The notes under the pieces: model-generated
What the model saw: the letters and a program-made list of their open reading frames with translations, nothing else
Database searches by the model: none
What the model was told of the DNA's origin: nothing
From: Eubacteriales bacterium
GTDB taxonomy: Bacteria; Bacillota; Clostridia; Lachnospirales; JAKSVV01
DNA length: 64,000 nt
Assembly: GCA_031549455.1 (NCBI GenBank)
Contig: JAVBPT010000003.1
Location: forward strand, 8,912-72,911
Direction of reading: 5' to 3'
Part shown: one piece after another, positions 17,112 to 26,487 of the stretch
Position numbering within the stretch: the first letter of the stretch is position 1
Layout: every line of letters begins with the position of its first letter
Position numbers and translations under genes: made by a program

Positions 17112-18590
17112 ATGGGAAAATACGATTTGTACAAAGATATAAAAGAAAGAACAAATGGTGAAATATACATCGGACTTGTAGGTCCTGTGAGAACCGGAAA
17201 GTCTACTTTCATCAGGAAGTTTATGGAGCTCTTTGTATTACCAAATTTAAAGAATGAGTACATAGCCAAGAAAACACAAGATGAACTGCCACAGGGTTCT
17301 GCGGGAACAACAATCATGACAACGGAACCCAAATTTATACCCAATGAATCGGTTGAAGTCACCATTTCAGATGATCTGAACTTCAAAGTAAAAATGATTG
17401 ACTGCGTAGGGTACGTAGTCGAAGGGGCGACCGGGTATCTAGAGGAAGAGGGAGAAAGGATGGTGAATACGCCTTGGAGTAAGGACCCTATGCCATTTAC
17501 ACAAGCGGCAAACATGGGCACAGAGAAGGTTATTAATGACCATGCGACCATTGGAATCGTTATGACCACGGATGGATCGGTTACGGGTATTGACCGAGAA
17601 AATTATGAGAGCGCTGAGGCAAAGGCGATTGATAAGTTGAAGGCAATCAATAAACCGTTTATTATATTGCTAAATACAATGTATCCAGACTCTGAAAAGA
17701 CGTCGGAGCTTGTAAGGGGGATGGAGGAGAGGTATAACACAAAGGTTATGCCAATTAATGCATTAAAACTTGCAAAAGAAGATATCAACAAAATCTTTGA
17801 AACCATTCTTTACCAATTTCCGCTTTCGGAAATTCGGGTTGAGATTCCAAAATGGATCTATGGTTTAAATGATGAGCATTGGTTTAAAGAAGAACTAGTA
17901 GAGAATTTAAGAGAAAATATGAGTAAGATATTTAGAGTGGATGATATCTACCGATTTATGAATGGAATGAAGGAATGTAATCATATTCAGAATGTAAAGG
18001 CAGCAGATATTAATCTTGGAACGGGGACGGCAGAGGTTGAGATTAAGATAGAGGACGGAATGCTGTATGATATCCTATCTGAAACAACAGGTTTGGATAT
18101 AAAGGGAGAATTTGAGCTGATTAACGTAATGAAGGATTTATCACAAATGAAAAGAAAGTATGATAAAGTGGCTATGGCGCTGGAACAGGTGGATGAGAAA
18201 GGATATGGAATAGTTATTCCAAGAATTGACGAACTTGCGCTGGAAGAGCCGGAAATCATTAGGCAAGGGAATAAATATGGGGTGAAGCTGAGAGCAAGGG
18301 CGCCTTCTATACATCTCATTAGGGCGGACATTGAAACAGAAGTGGCACCAATTGTAGGGACACAAGAACAAAGTCAAGATTTGTTAAGCTATCTACAAAG
18401 TGAAGTGGAAAGTGATCCGCAAAATATTTGGAATTCCAATTTGTTCGGCAAATCATTGCATGAGTTAGTAAGTGATGAACTACAAGGTAAACTGCATAAA
18501 ATGAGCGATACTTCACAAGAACGGTTGCAAGAAACATTACAGAGAGTCATTAATGATGGTAGTGGAAATTTGATATGTATCATAGTTTAG
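17112..18590 (+). CDS. spoIVA: Stage IV sporulation protein A (spore coat basement-layer ATPase)
   Basis: ORF 17091..18590. ATG 17112 follows GGAGGA. MGKYDLYKDIKERTNGEIYIGLVGPVRTGKSTFIRKFME aligns with the B. subtilis SpoIVA N-terminus and Walker A motif. Confidence 0.95.
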   Translation: MGKYDLYKDIKERTNGEIYIGLVGPVRTGKSTFIRKFMELFVLPNLKNEYIAKKTQDELPQGSAGTTIMTTEPKFIPNESVEVTISDDLNFKVKMIDCVGYVVEGATGYLEEEGERMVNTPWSKDPMPFTQAANMGTEKVINDHATIGIVMTTDGSVTGIDRENYESAEAKAIDKLKAINKPFIILLNTMYPDSEKTSELVRGMEERYNTKVMPINALKLAKEDINKIFETILYQFPLSEIRVEIPKWIYGLNDEHWFKEELVENLRENMSKIFRVDDIYRFMNGMKECNHIQNVKAADINLGTGTAEVEIKIEDGMLYDILSETTGLDIKGEFELINVMKDLSQMKRKYDKVAMALEQVDEKGYGIVIPRIDELALEEPEIIRQGNKYGVKLRARAPSIHLIRADIETEVAPIVGTQEQSQDLLSYLQSEVESDPQNIWNSNLFGKSLHELVSDELQGKLHKMSDTSQERLQETLQRVINDGSGNLICIIV

Positions 18591-18594
18591 ACAA

Positions 18595-18620
18595 AGAAGC
18601 TGGGCGACTGGCTTCTTTTG
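18595..18620 (+). terminator. Intrinsic terminator after spoIVA
   Basis: 9-bp stem AGAAGCTGG/CTGGCTTCT with a GCGA tetraloop, followed by TTTTG. Confidence 0.65.
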
Positions 18621-18731
18621 ATATTAAAAACATATATATTTTCAAAATAAGTGTAGTTGAAACCATATATTTATGCTATTATATGACTAATAAGATATGG
18701 CTACTATTTAATTGAAAGGATGTGTGTTTAT

Positions 18732-19277
18732 ATGCAAGAAGATTTAATTCTAGTAATACCGAATAAAGAATATGAAATGCAAGCGATTCATTTAATTGAT
18801 GAAGTGGATAAGATAGACTTGGATCCCAACATTAGATTCTCCGGATTTAATGATTTGGAAAAATATAGAACCCATTATGATGAATGGCTTATTACACTAA
18901 ATAATCAATTGGACAAAGAAAAGCTACTAGAAGGATATGTGACAGCAAACACTTTTTTTATGGTTAGAAAGGATGATAATAAAGTCATTGGGATAATAAA
19001 TATTAGACATGAATTAAATGACTATTTATTGAATTACGGAGGGCATATAGGGTATAGCATACTACCAAGTGAAAGAAAAAAAGGATATGCTTATCAACAA
19101 TTGCTATTAGGGTTAGATTTTTGTAAAAACTTAAATATAAACAAAGTTTTAGTTATTTGTGTTGACTATAATATTGGAAGTTTAAAAACTATTGAAAAAG
19201 CCGGAGGAGTACTAGAAAACAAAATTTTTAATCCTGACAAAGGAGTTGAGGAAAGAAGGTATTGGATAAGCAACTAG
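18732..19277 (+). CDS. GNAT-family N-acetyltransferase
   Basis: About 181 aa with an acetyl-CoA binding region (GHIGYSILPSERKKGYAYQQL) and a typical GNAT beta-bulge. Start 18732 or 18720. Confidence 0.8.
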   Translation: MQEDLILVIPNKEYEMQAIHLIDEVDKIDLDPNIRFSGFNDLEKYRTHYDEWLITLNNQLDKEKLLEGYVTANTFFMVRKDDNKVIGIINIRHELNDYLLNYGGHIGYSILPSERKKGYAYQQLLLGLDFCKNLNINKVLVICVDYNIGSLKTIEKAGGVLENKIFNPDKGVEERRYWISN

Positions 19278-19321
19278 GTACAGAGCTTTAGAAAAACTAT
19301 AGTAGTTTGTTTGGAGGCAAT

Positions 19322-19930
19322 ATGAATATTTTATTATCTGGTGGTGAAAATCCAGAGAAGGTAGTTGAAATTGATGCATTCTTTGCGAAGAAAGCTATTG
19401 GCAAAAAGGTGCTTTATATTCCTTTGGCAATCGACAAATACACAAGCGAAGAATGCGAAAAATGGTTTTTTGATACCTATTCGAAATATGGTATGAATGA
19501 CTTTACTACTTGCACAGATTTGGCATCTTGCAATTTAGATAACTAGGGAGCTGTTTTTATAGGTGGCGGAAATCCCTTTAAATTGCAGAAATTAGTAAAT
19601 GAGTCGGGATTTAAAGAAAAACTGTTTAGTTTTGCTAATAATAACGAATTCATATATGGTGTTTCGGCGGGGGCAATAATCCTTGGTAATGATATAAAAA
19701 TAGCATCATATCCAGGGGAAAATTATGTTCATTTAAAAGAATTTGGTGATTTGAATTTAATTAATGATTACTCCATATGGTGCCATTATAAATCAGGTAG
19801 GGGGGAAGATGAAGCTGAATTTTTTGAGAAAGCCAATCAAAAATTTTTGTTATTATATGAAGAAAGCGGAGTATATTTTGATAGAAAAACGCTTTGGCCA
19901 ATCGGAACCAAATATGAGGAAATAGTCTAA
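19322..19930 (+). pseudogene. S51 (peptidase E-like) family gene interrupted by an in-frame TAG at 19544-19546
   Basis: ORFs 19307..19546 and 19583..19930 are in the same frame, and translation is continuous across the TAG: ...SCNLDN*GAVFIGGGNPFKLQKLV...GVSAGAII. The GGGN motif and the Ser-nucleophile elbow fall in the second part. Confidence 0.75.
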
Positions 19931-19995
19931 GCATATTTTAGAATAATAGTACTTAAAATGGTAGCCTTTTCTTGAGACTTGTACAGAAATAACAG

Positions 19996-20022
19996 AAAGG
20001 AGGTCTGATTTCGACCTCCTTT
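19996..20022 (-). terminator. Hairpin terminator downstream of the MCP gene
   Basis: AAAGGAGGTC-7 nt-GACCTCCTTT, a 10-bp perfect stem 4 nt after the MCP stop. The downstream U-tract is imperfect. Confidence 0.55.
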
Positions 20023-20025
20023 AAT

Positions 20026-21477
20026 CTATCTATTTGTTACAATCTTTCGGATCTCATGGATATAATTGTCTAGAAGTTCGGTCATTTCCCTCAGCTTGCT
20101 AGCAGACTCTTTGCTTTCATTCGCGATGTTTACAGTACTATGAACGGAGCTTTCAATCTGCCCAGTGGCTTGTGTTAAATGAACCATTCCCTTTGTCTGT
20201 TCGTCGCTAGATAGAGAGATTTCATTTATAAGCTCATGGATGGTTTGTACCTTTTCGCGGATCTCTTTAAACGATTCGGATACTTCTGTTGAGTTTTCTA
20301 CACCAGACCGAGCGAGCTTGAGATTTTTTTCAATAATACCGGTTGTGTTTTTGGCAGCATCTGCACTTTTGCTCGCAAGGCTTCTAACCTCTTCTGCCAC
20401 CACCGCAAATCCCTTGCCGGCATCGCCGGCTCTAGCGGCTTCCACCGCTGCATTGAGTGCCAAGATATTGGTCTGGAAAGCAATGTCATCAATGGTTTTA
20501 ATAATTCGAGCAATATCATCGCTAGACTTTGACAATTCTTCCATAGAAGTGATTAAAGATGCCATCTTTGCAGATCCATTTTTGGAACTGTCGGTTGCCT
20601 CGCGGACAATATCCGCCGCTTTTTTTGTGTTTTCTGTATTTTGCTCAACCATATTTGAGGCCTGATTCATGGTGGAAGACACTTCATTGATGGCAGAGGC
20701 AGAGCTTTCGCTGTTTTTGGATAAGTCATCACTACCATGCTCCAGTCCTTCAGCTTCCTGCTTCACATTTTGCGCAAACTCAATGATCCCTCTTGTGGCT
20801 TCAAATAACCGGTTTCGGATTTGTTTATAATTAATAGAGACAAGAATAGATAGTAAAGTGAGTGTAATCACAAAGATAAAGGAACAAATGCAAATATAGG
20901 TGATCAGATCGTTTCTGATTTCATTATCAAGCACGCTTGCCTCGTAGTCAGAGCCAATAATGGCGACTGTCTGATTGTTTGAATTATAAATAGGCGCATA
21001 GGCTGTTTTAAATTTACCAGCAAAGTCTTCTACAAACCCTTCTGTAAAGTTTGCGGTTCCGTTAAGTGCGGTTCTCATTTCAGGTGTCAATTCATATCCA
21101 GCATTTCCTCCCACCTCAGAGGTTAGATTATCATCTGCGTCAATGACAAATTCCATTGTTGTATTGCTGGTTTGCCTTAATATATACACGTCATATAGGC
21201 TCAATTTGTTTTTAATACTCTTAAAGGTGGCCAGATAGTTTTTATAGCTATCTAATGCCTCATCTCCCTTTGTATAAGCTTCTATCACATCTCCGTCGCA
21301 CATCTTGGACACGGAAATGGCGGTGGCTAGGACTTTATTCTCTGCCAGATCAATCATCTTGCGATTAATCTTATTAAAAGAATAATATCCAATGATGAAG
21401 TAAGAGATGAGCATAAAAATGGCGGTGATAAAAAGTAGGCGACTAATAAAACCCTGAACGGTATCTTTGTTTTTCAT
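20026..21477 (-). CDS. Methyl-accepting chemotaxis protein with an extracellular Cache-like sensor
   Basis: 483 aa with two TM helices flanking a sensor domain of about 170 aa. The highly conserved signalling hairpin is present ([37 protein letters not shown]). Confidence 0.9.
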   Translation of the reverse strand: MKNKDTVQGFISRLLFITAIFMLISYFIIGYYSFNKINRKMIDLAENKVLATAISVSKMCDGDVIEAYTKGDEALDSYKNYLATFKSIKNKLSLYDVYILRQTSNTTMEFVIDADDNLTSEVGGNAGYELTPEMRTALNGTANFTEGFVEDFAGKFKTAYAPIYNSNNQTVAIIGSDYEASVLDNEIRNDLITYICICSFIFVITLTLLSILVSINYKQIRNRLFEATRGIIEFAQNVKQEAEGLEHGSDDLSKNSESSASAINEVSSTMNQASNMVEQNTENTKKAADIVREATDSSKNGSAKMASLITSMEELSKSSDDIARIIKTIDDIAFQTNILALNAAVEAARAGDAGKGFAVVAEEVRSLASKSADAAKNTTGIIEKNLKLARSGVENSTEVSESFKEIREKVQTIHELINEISLSSDEQTKGMVHLTQATGQIESSVHSTVNIANESKESASKLREMTELLDNYIHEIRKIVTNR

Positions 21478-21676
21478 TTTTTCTCCTCAAATATATACAT
21501 TAGGACTAGTTCTATTTTAAACGCAGGAATGGTTTTGTCAATACTATTTTTGTCTAATATTTGGTTTTTAAAAGCAAGCTATATCGCAAATAGATTTAGA
21601 ACGGCAATATCCTATATGTTTTACAAATAAAATTCAATATTTACGTAAATAAAGAAATATTAGTTTCAAATACTTC

Positions 21677-21705
21677 TTGCTTAAATGGCACCACTGTGGT
21701 ATAAT
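21677..21705 (+). promoter_or_regulatory. Sigma-A promoter of rpsF-ssb-rpsR with an extended -10
   Basis: TTGCTT, a 17-nt spacer, then TGgTATAAT. Confidence 0.7.
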
Positions 21706-21737
21706 CTCAGCTGTAAGTATCGAGATGATGCTTCCTT

Positions 21738-21758
21738 GCCCTTTATTTAGTAAAGGGC
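21738..21758 (+). promoter_or_regulatory. 5'-UTR hairpin, possible rpsF (S6:S18-binding) leader element
   Basis: GCCCTTTA-TTTAG-TAAAGGGC lies between the promoter and the rpsF RBS. An autoregulatory rpsF leader is described in the literature. I cannot confirm a covariance-model match. Confidence 0.3.
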
Positions 21759-21782
21759 CATTAAGACCAAAAGGAGGAAAAC

Positions 21783-22061
21783 ATGAACAATTACGAGTTA
21801 ACGGTGATTATGAAATCATTATCAGACGATGAAAGAAAAACAGAGCTTGAAAAAGTGAAAGGTTTCATAACAACCAAAGGGGGAAATGTAACCGAAGTGG
21901 TTGAAGCGGGAAAGAGAGAACTTGCTTATGAAATCAACAAAACAAAAGACGGCTACTACTATTTCATTAAATTTGAATCAGACCCTAAAGCAATCAGCAC
22001 AATTGAAACCAATTGTAAGATTACAGAAACACTCATTAGATGCATGGTCATTAGAAGATAG
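21783..22061 (+). CDS. rpsF: 30S ribosomal protein S6
   Basis: 92 aa, MNNYELTVIMKSL...; canonical rpsF-ssb-rpsR order. Confidence 0.95.
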   Translation: MNNYELTVIMKSLSDDERKTELEKVKGFITTKGGNVTEVVEAGKRELAYEINKTKDGYYYFIKFESDPKAISTIETNCKITETLIRCMVIRR

Positions 22062-22070
22062 GAGGTCCTT

Positions 22071-22487
22071 ATGAACTATATTCATCTTTTAGGAAGGTTG
22101 GTAAAAGACCCAGAAACGAAATACTCACAAGGAACAGAGCCTGTGGCAATTACAAGGTATACGTTAGCAGTAGACAGAAAGTTTAAGAAAACCAATGAAC
22201 CTAATCAAGCGGATTTCTTTAACGTGGTTGCATTTGGAAAAGCGGGAGAGTTTGCTGACAAATACTTTAAAAAGGGGCTTAGAATATGCGTAACAGGAAG
22301 AATGCAAAACAATAATTGGACAGATAAAGATGGTAATAAAAGATATGGAATGGACGTGGTCGTAGAAAACCAAGATTTTGCGGATGGAAAAGCGGGAGCA
22401 ACCGGTATGGATGTTCCAGTTCCTGAAAACCTAGATGGTTTTCATCCAGCTGATCTTTCTGGAGCGGACGACGATCTACCTTTCTAA
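22071..22487 (+). CDS. ssb: Single-stranded DNA-binding protein
   Basis: OB fold with the acidic C-terminal tip DDDLPF. Confidence 0.95.
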   Translation: MNYIHLLGRLVKDPETKYSQGTEPVAITRYTLAVDRKFKKTNEPNQADFFNVVAFGKAGEFADKYFKKGLRICVTGRMQNNNWTDKDGNKRYGMDVVVENQDFADGKAGATGMDVPVPENLDGFHPADLSGADDDLPF

Positions 22488-22511
22488 AATTAAAAGAAGG
22501 AGAAATTTAAC

Positions 22512-22781
22512 ATGGCAATGAGAAGAGATAACAGAAATTTTGATAAATCAGGTGAAGGAAACATCAGACTACAAAGAAAAAAGAAACCTTGTTCATTTTG
22601 TATTAACAATGTAAACGAACTTGATTATAAAGAAGTAGACAAAATTAGAAAATACATTTCAGATAGAGGGAAGATTCTACCAAGAAGGGTAACAGGGAAC
22701 TGTGCGAAGCACCAAAGAATGGTAACAGAATCTGTAAAAAGAGCAAGAGTAATCGCTCTTGTGCCTTATGTAGCTGAGTAA
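22512..22781 (+). CDS. rpsR: 30S ribosomal protein S18
   Basis: 89 aa, ...[32 protein letters not shown].... Confidence 0.95.
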   Translation: MAMRRDNRNFDKSGEGNIRLQRKKKPCSFCINNVNELDYKEVDKIRKYISDRGKILPRRVTGNCAKHQRMVTESVKRARVIALVPYVAE

Positions 22782-22786
22782 ATTAT

Positions 22787-22815
22787 AAACTGCCTTTTGG
22801 CAGTTTTTGATTTTT
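22787..22815 (+). terminator. Intrinsic terminator after rpsR
   Basis: AAACTGCC-TTTT-GGCAGTTT followed by a T-rich tract. Confidence 0.8.
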
Positions 22816-22839
22816 CTTTAAAAATTTCATAAAAAGTAG

Positions 22840-22868
22840 TTGACAATTTGAATCATAATTGCTAAAGT
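22840..22868 (+). promoter_or_regulatory. Probable promoter of the monocistronic acpP
   Basis: TTGACA, a 17-nt spacer, then TAAAGT (-10 matches 4 of 6). Confidence 0.4.
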
Positions 22869-22917
22869 AAAAATGAAGAGAAAACAAAGTGAAAAAAATA
22901 GATTAATGGAGGAAAAA

Positions 22918-23148
22918 ATGTTAGAAAAACTAAAACAAATTCTGTCGGACCAATTGGGCGTTGAACCAGAGGAAATTCAAGAAAATAGTAATTTTATAGA
23001 AGACTTGGGCGCGGACTCACTAGACGTGTTTCAATTGCTTATGGCGTTCGAAGAACACTTTGATATCGAAATACCAGATTCAGACGCTGAAAGACTAAAG
23101 ACGGTTGGAGATGCTCTAAAATACATAGAAGAGAAAATCAATCAATAA
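22918..23148 (+). CDS. acpP: Acyl carrier protein
   Basis: ORF 22873..23148. ATG 22918 follows [46 protein letters not shown] is a near-canonical AcpP with the DSL phosphopantetheine site. Confidence 0.9.
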   Translation: MLEKLKQILSDQLGVEPEEIQENSNFIEDLGADSLDVFQLLMAFEEHFDIEIPDSDAERLKTVGDALKYIEEKINQ

Positions 23149-23157
23149 TTAGAAATA

Positions 23158-23185
23158 ATAAAGCCGAAAGGCTTTTTTATTTTAT
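23158..23185 (+). terminator. Intrinsic terminator after acpP
   Basis: AAGCC-GAAA-GGCTT followed by TTTTTATTTT. Confidence 0.8.
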
Positions 23186-23236
23186 CTTTACAATCCCTTT
23201 TTGTTGTATATAATAGTCTAAAATGGAGATGGTCCA

Positions 23237-25942
23237 ATGAGAATCATGTTAATCGATGGGAACAGTATAGCCAATAGGGCTTTTTATGCCCTGCCTCCCC
23301 TTACGAACAAAAAAGGGGTTTATACCAATGCCATTGTTGGGTTCATGAACATTTTAATGAGATTTTTGGAGGGCGATAAACCAGATCACTTGGTGATTGC
23401 CTTTGATTTAAAGGCACCGACCTTTAGACATGAAGAGTTTAAAGACTACAAGGCGCAAAGAAAGGGGATGCCAGAAGAGCTAAGGTCTCAAATGCCTCTT
23501 ATAAAGGAACTGGTGACCAAAATGAACATTCCCATTTTGGAGTTGGCTGGATATGAAGCGGATGATATTATTGGAACAATCGCCAAAAGATATGAGGCGC
23601 TAAAATATGATGTGGTGATTGTATCGGGGGACAAGGACCTACTGCAAGTAGCAACCGATAAGATCAATGTAAAGATCCCCAAAACAAAAAAAGGTGCGAC
23701 AGAGGTGGAAAGCTACTTTCAAAAGGATGTAGTCGAGGCGCTAGGCGTAACCCCGCTTGAATATATTGATGTCAAGGCATTGATGGGGGATGCTTCGGAC
23801 AACATACCGGGCGTTCCTGGGGTAGGCGAAAAAACAGCATTTAAATTGATTTCTGAATATAAATCTCTTGAGGGACTTTACCAGAACATTGACCAGGTTT
23901 CCGGAAATAAGATCAAACAAAGCCTGATCGAAAACGAGGAGCTTGCCCAAAAGTGTCGGTTTCTCGCCACCATTAAGCTAGATGTGCCTATTGAGCTGGA
24001 TGAAGAAAAATCAAGGCTACAATCCTTCTATAACGAGGAAGTGCTAAAGCTACTAACGGAGCTTGAGATGCGGTCCCTGATTGAAAAGCTAAAAAGAAAT
24101 TTTGGGGAGGATGTGGAATTAAAGGATCTTAAACTTTACGTAGACACTAAAACGGAGCAAAGCGGGATCAGCGAGGTAATAGAGGTCGAAAAAATAGAAG
24201 AATTCAAAAAACTTTTATTACAGATCCAAGACACCTTTTATTTTAAACTCTTTTTAGGAGAAGAGATAGAGAGTCTGGCCTTTGTTTCAGAGGGAAAAAT
24301 TTACTTCCTCAAAATCGCCTCTATGCTGAATGACTCAGAGATCGCAATAGATCCATTCATGGATGCATTAAAGGAAATCTTTGAGAATGAAAAGATTACA
24401 AAAGTGTCGTATAATATAAAAGAAGATATCAAGCCATTCCTCGCGAAAGAGATCGACATTGTATCATACTTTGATTTGGTCCTGGCATATTATATAGCAT
24501 ACTACGACTCAAAAGAATATGATATCCAGTCCATTGCGGGAGTCATACTAGGCCGAGAAATCGATATAAAGAGCATGTTTTTGCCCGCAAACAAAAAAAA
24601 CAGGAATGAGATGCATCTAAATGATCTGGACAAAGAAAAACAAAGACTCTTCTTGGTAAATGCGATGAGCACATTATTGGATAGTTATGAGCCCATCAAG
24701 CAGAAGTTAGAAGTAAACAATCAGCAAATGCTATTTTATGAGATCGAGAACCCACTCATCAAAGTTCTTGCCAAAATGGAACAAAACGGCGTGAGGATAG
24801 ACGTTGAAGAATTAAAGAGATACGCAAGCACACTTTCGGCTAGATTAAAGGAGCTTGAAAAGGAAATACATGCGTATGCGGGGTATGCATTTAATATCAA
24901 CTCGCCTTCCCAACTGGCCTCTGTCCTTTTTGACAAGCTAATGCTAAAGGCGGGAAAGAAAACCAAGACGGGCTACTCTACCAATATTGAGGTGCTCGAA
25001 AAATTGGTAGGAGAACATCCGATTATTGAGCTTTTGATCGAGTATCGACAATTGCAGAAGATTAAGAGCACCTATGCGGATGGGATGATGGAATATGTAA
25101 GTTCAGATTATAAAATACACACCACGTATAACCAAATGATTGCCTCAACGGGAAGATTAACAAGCACAGATCCGAATCTTCAAAATATTCCGATTCGGGT
25201 TGAACTTGGTAGAAAAATTAGAAAGGCTTTTATACCAGAGAGTGAGGAGTACGTATTCATCGATGCAGATTATTCACAAATTGAGCTCAGAATTCTGGCC
25301 CATCTTGCGTTTGATCAGATGTTGATTAAGGCCTATAATGAGAATGAAGATATTCATAGACTGACAGCCTCCCAAATCTTGAATAAGCCTTATGCTGAGG
25401 TGACGAATGCGGAGAGAGGGGAAGCCAAAGCTGTGAATTTTGGCATTATATATGGTATAAGTGCCTACGGCCTCGGAAAAGATATTAATATATCTAGGAA
25501 AAAGGCAGAAGAATATATAGACTCCTACTTTGCCAAGTATAAGACGGTAAAAGAATACTTAGAGGCACTGATTGACTTTGCTAATGAGAACGGCTACTCC
25601 AAAACCCTGTATGGAAGAAGAAGGAGCGTGGATGAATTAAAGTCTTCTAACTTTATGCAAAGGGAGTTTGGTAAGAGAGTGGCGATGAATTCACCCATTC
25701 AAGGAACCGCAGCGGATATTATGAAAATTGCGATGATTAAACTTGAAAATAGATTGAAAAATGACAAAATAAATGCTAAAATACTACTACAAGTACATGA
25801 TGAACTTTTGATACAGGCAAAACGAGAAGAACTGGACAAAATAAAGCAGATTGTAAAATATGAACTTGAGAATGCGGTAAAATTAAGTGTTCCGCTTACA
25901 GTCAATCTATCGAGTGGTGAAAATTGGTATGAAACAAAATAG
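23237..25942 (+). CDS. polA: DNA polymerase I
   Basis: 901 aa: a 5'-nuclease domain, a central exo-like domain, and polymerase motifs A (DYSQIELR), B (KAVNFGIIYG) and C (QVHDEL). Confidence 0.97.
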   Translation: MRIMLIDGNSIANRAFYALPPLTNKKGVYTNAIVGFMNILMRFLEGDKPDHLVIAFDLKAPTFRHEEFKDYKAQRKGMPEELRSQMPLIKELVTKMNIPILELAGYEADDIIGTIAKRYEALKYDVVIVSGDKDLLQVATDKINVKIPKTKKGATEVESYFQKDVVEALGVTPLEYIDVKALMGDASDNIPGVPGVGEKTAFKLISEYKSLEGLYQNIDQVSGNKIKQSLIENEELAQKCRFLATIKLDVPIELDEEKSRLQSFYNEEVLKLLTELEMRSLIEKLKRNFGEDVELKDLKLYVDTKTEQSGISEVIEVEKIEEFKKLLLQIQDTFYFKLFLGEEIESLAFVSEGKIYFLKIASMLNDSEIAIDPFMDALKEIFENEKITKVSYNIKEDIKPFLAKEIDIVSYFDLVLAYYIAYYDSKEYDIQSIAGVILGREIDIKSMFLPANKKNRNEMHLNDLDKEKQRLFLVNAMSTLLDSYEPIKQKLEVNNQQMLFYEIENPLIKVLAKMEQNGVRIDVEELKRYASTLSARLKELEKEIHAYAGYAFNINSPSQLASVLFDKLMLKAGKKTKTGYSTNIEVLEKLVGEHPIIELLIEYRQLQKIKSTYADGMMEYVSSDYKIHTTYNQMIASTGRLTSTDPNLQNIPIRVELGRKIRKAFIPESEEYVFIDADYSQIELRILAHLAFDQMLIKAYNENEDIHRLTASQILNKPYAEVTNAERGEAKAVNFGIIYGISAYGLGKDINISRKKAEEYIDSYFAKYKTVKEYLEALIDFANENGYSKTLYGRRRSVDELKSSNFMQREFGKRVAMNSPIQGTAADIMKIAMIKLENRLKNDKINAKILLQVHDELLIQAKREELDKIKQIVKYELENAVKLSVPLTVNLSSGENWYETK

Positions 25943-25949
25943 GTGAAGT

Positions 25950-26465
25950 ATGAAAAAAATAATTGTGAATATGTTTTGTATTCTAATTGCTTTGATATGT
26001 ATTTTGGTGATCTGTACATATCAATTTTACCCTATTAAATATAAGGACGAAATTATAAAGTGTGCAAATAAATATGAACTGGATCCCTATCTTATATTTG
26101 CGATCATAAAGACGGAGAGCGGCTTTAATGAAAAAGCATCATCGGTTAAAGATGCAAGAGGGCTGATGCAAATCAGACAGATTACGGTGGATTGGGCGGG
26201 GCAGGAACTAGACATTGCACATTTGAATAAAGAAGATCATTATGATCCGGAAATCAATATTGAAATTGGCTGCTGGAACCTAAAAAAATTGTTTTCTATC
26301 TATCCAGACAATCTGGACAAAGTGCTTGCAGCTTATAATGCGGGAATTGGAAATGTAAACAAGTGGATCGAAGAAGGGAAAATGGATGCCATCCCTTTTA
26401 AGGAAACCAAAAATTATATTACCAAAGTAAAAAGAAATTTAAAAATTTATCAACTATTATATTAA
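25950..26465 (+). CDS. Membrane-anchored lytic transglycosylase (SLT domain)
   Basis: 171 aa with an N-terminal TM helix, the catalytic IIKTESGFN motif and the AYNAG motif. Confidence 0.85.
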   Translation: MKKIIVNMFCILIALICILVICTYQFYPIKYKDEIIKCANKYELDPYLIFAIIKTESGFNEKASSVKDARGLMQIRQITVDWAGQELDIAHLNKEDHYDPEINIEIGCWNLKKLFSIYPDNLDKVLAAYNAGIGNVNKWIEEGKMDAIPFKETKNYITKVKRNLKIYQLLY

Positions 26466-26487
26466 GAGATAGGAGAAAGAAAAGAAG

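Noticed and set aside
17066-18583. Several minus-strand ORFs of 60-167 aa inside spoIVA
   Set aside because: They are antisense shadows of a highly conserved gene, with no RBS and Ser/Ile/Phe-rich nonsense composition. The same reasoning applies to antisense ORFs inside nifS, polA, infB, flhA, flhF, recG and metG.
21478-21676. The divergent 200-bp region between the MCP gene and rpsF as an ncRNA gene (for example 6S RNA)
   Set aside because: The region is AT-rich and unstructured by eye, with no terminator. It is adequately explained as two divergent promoter regions.
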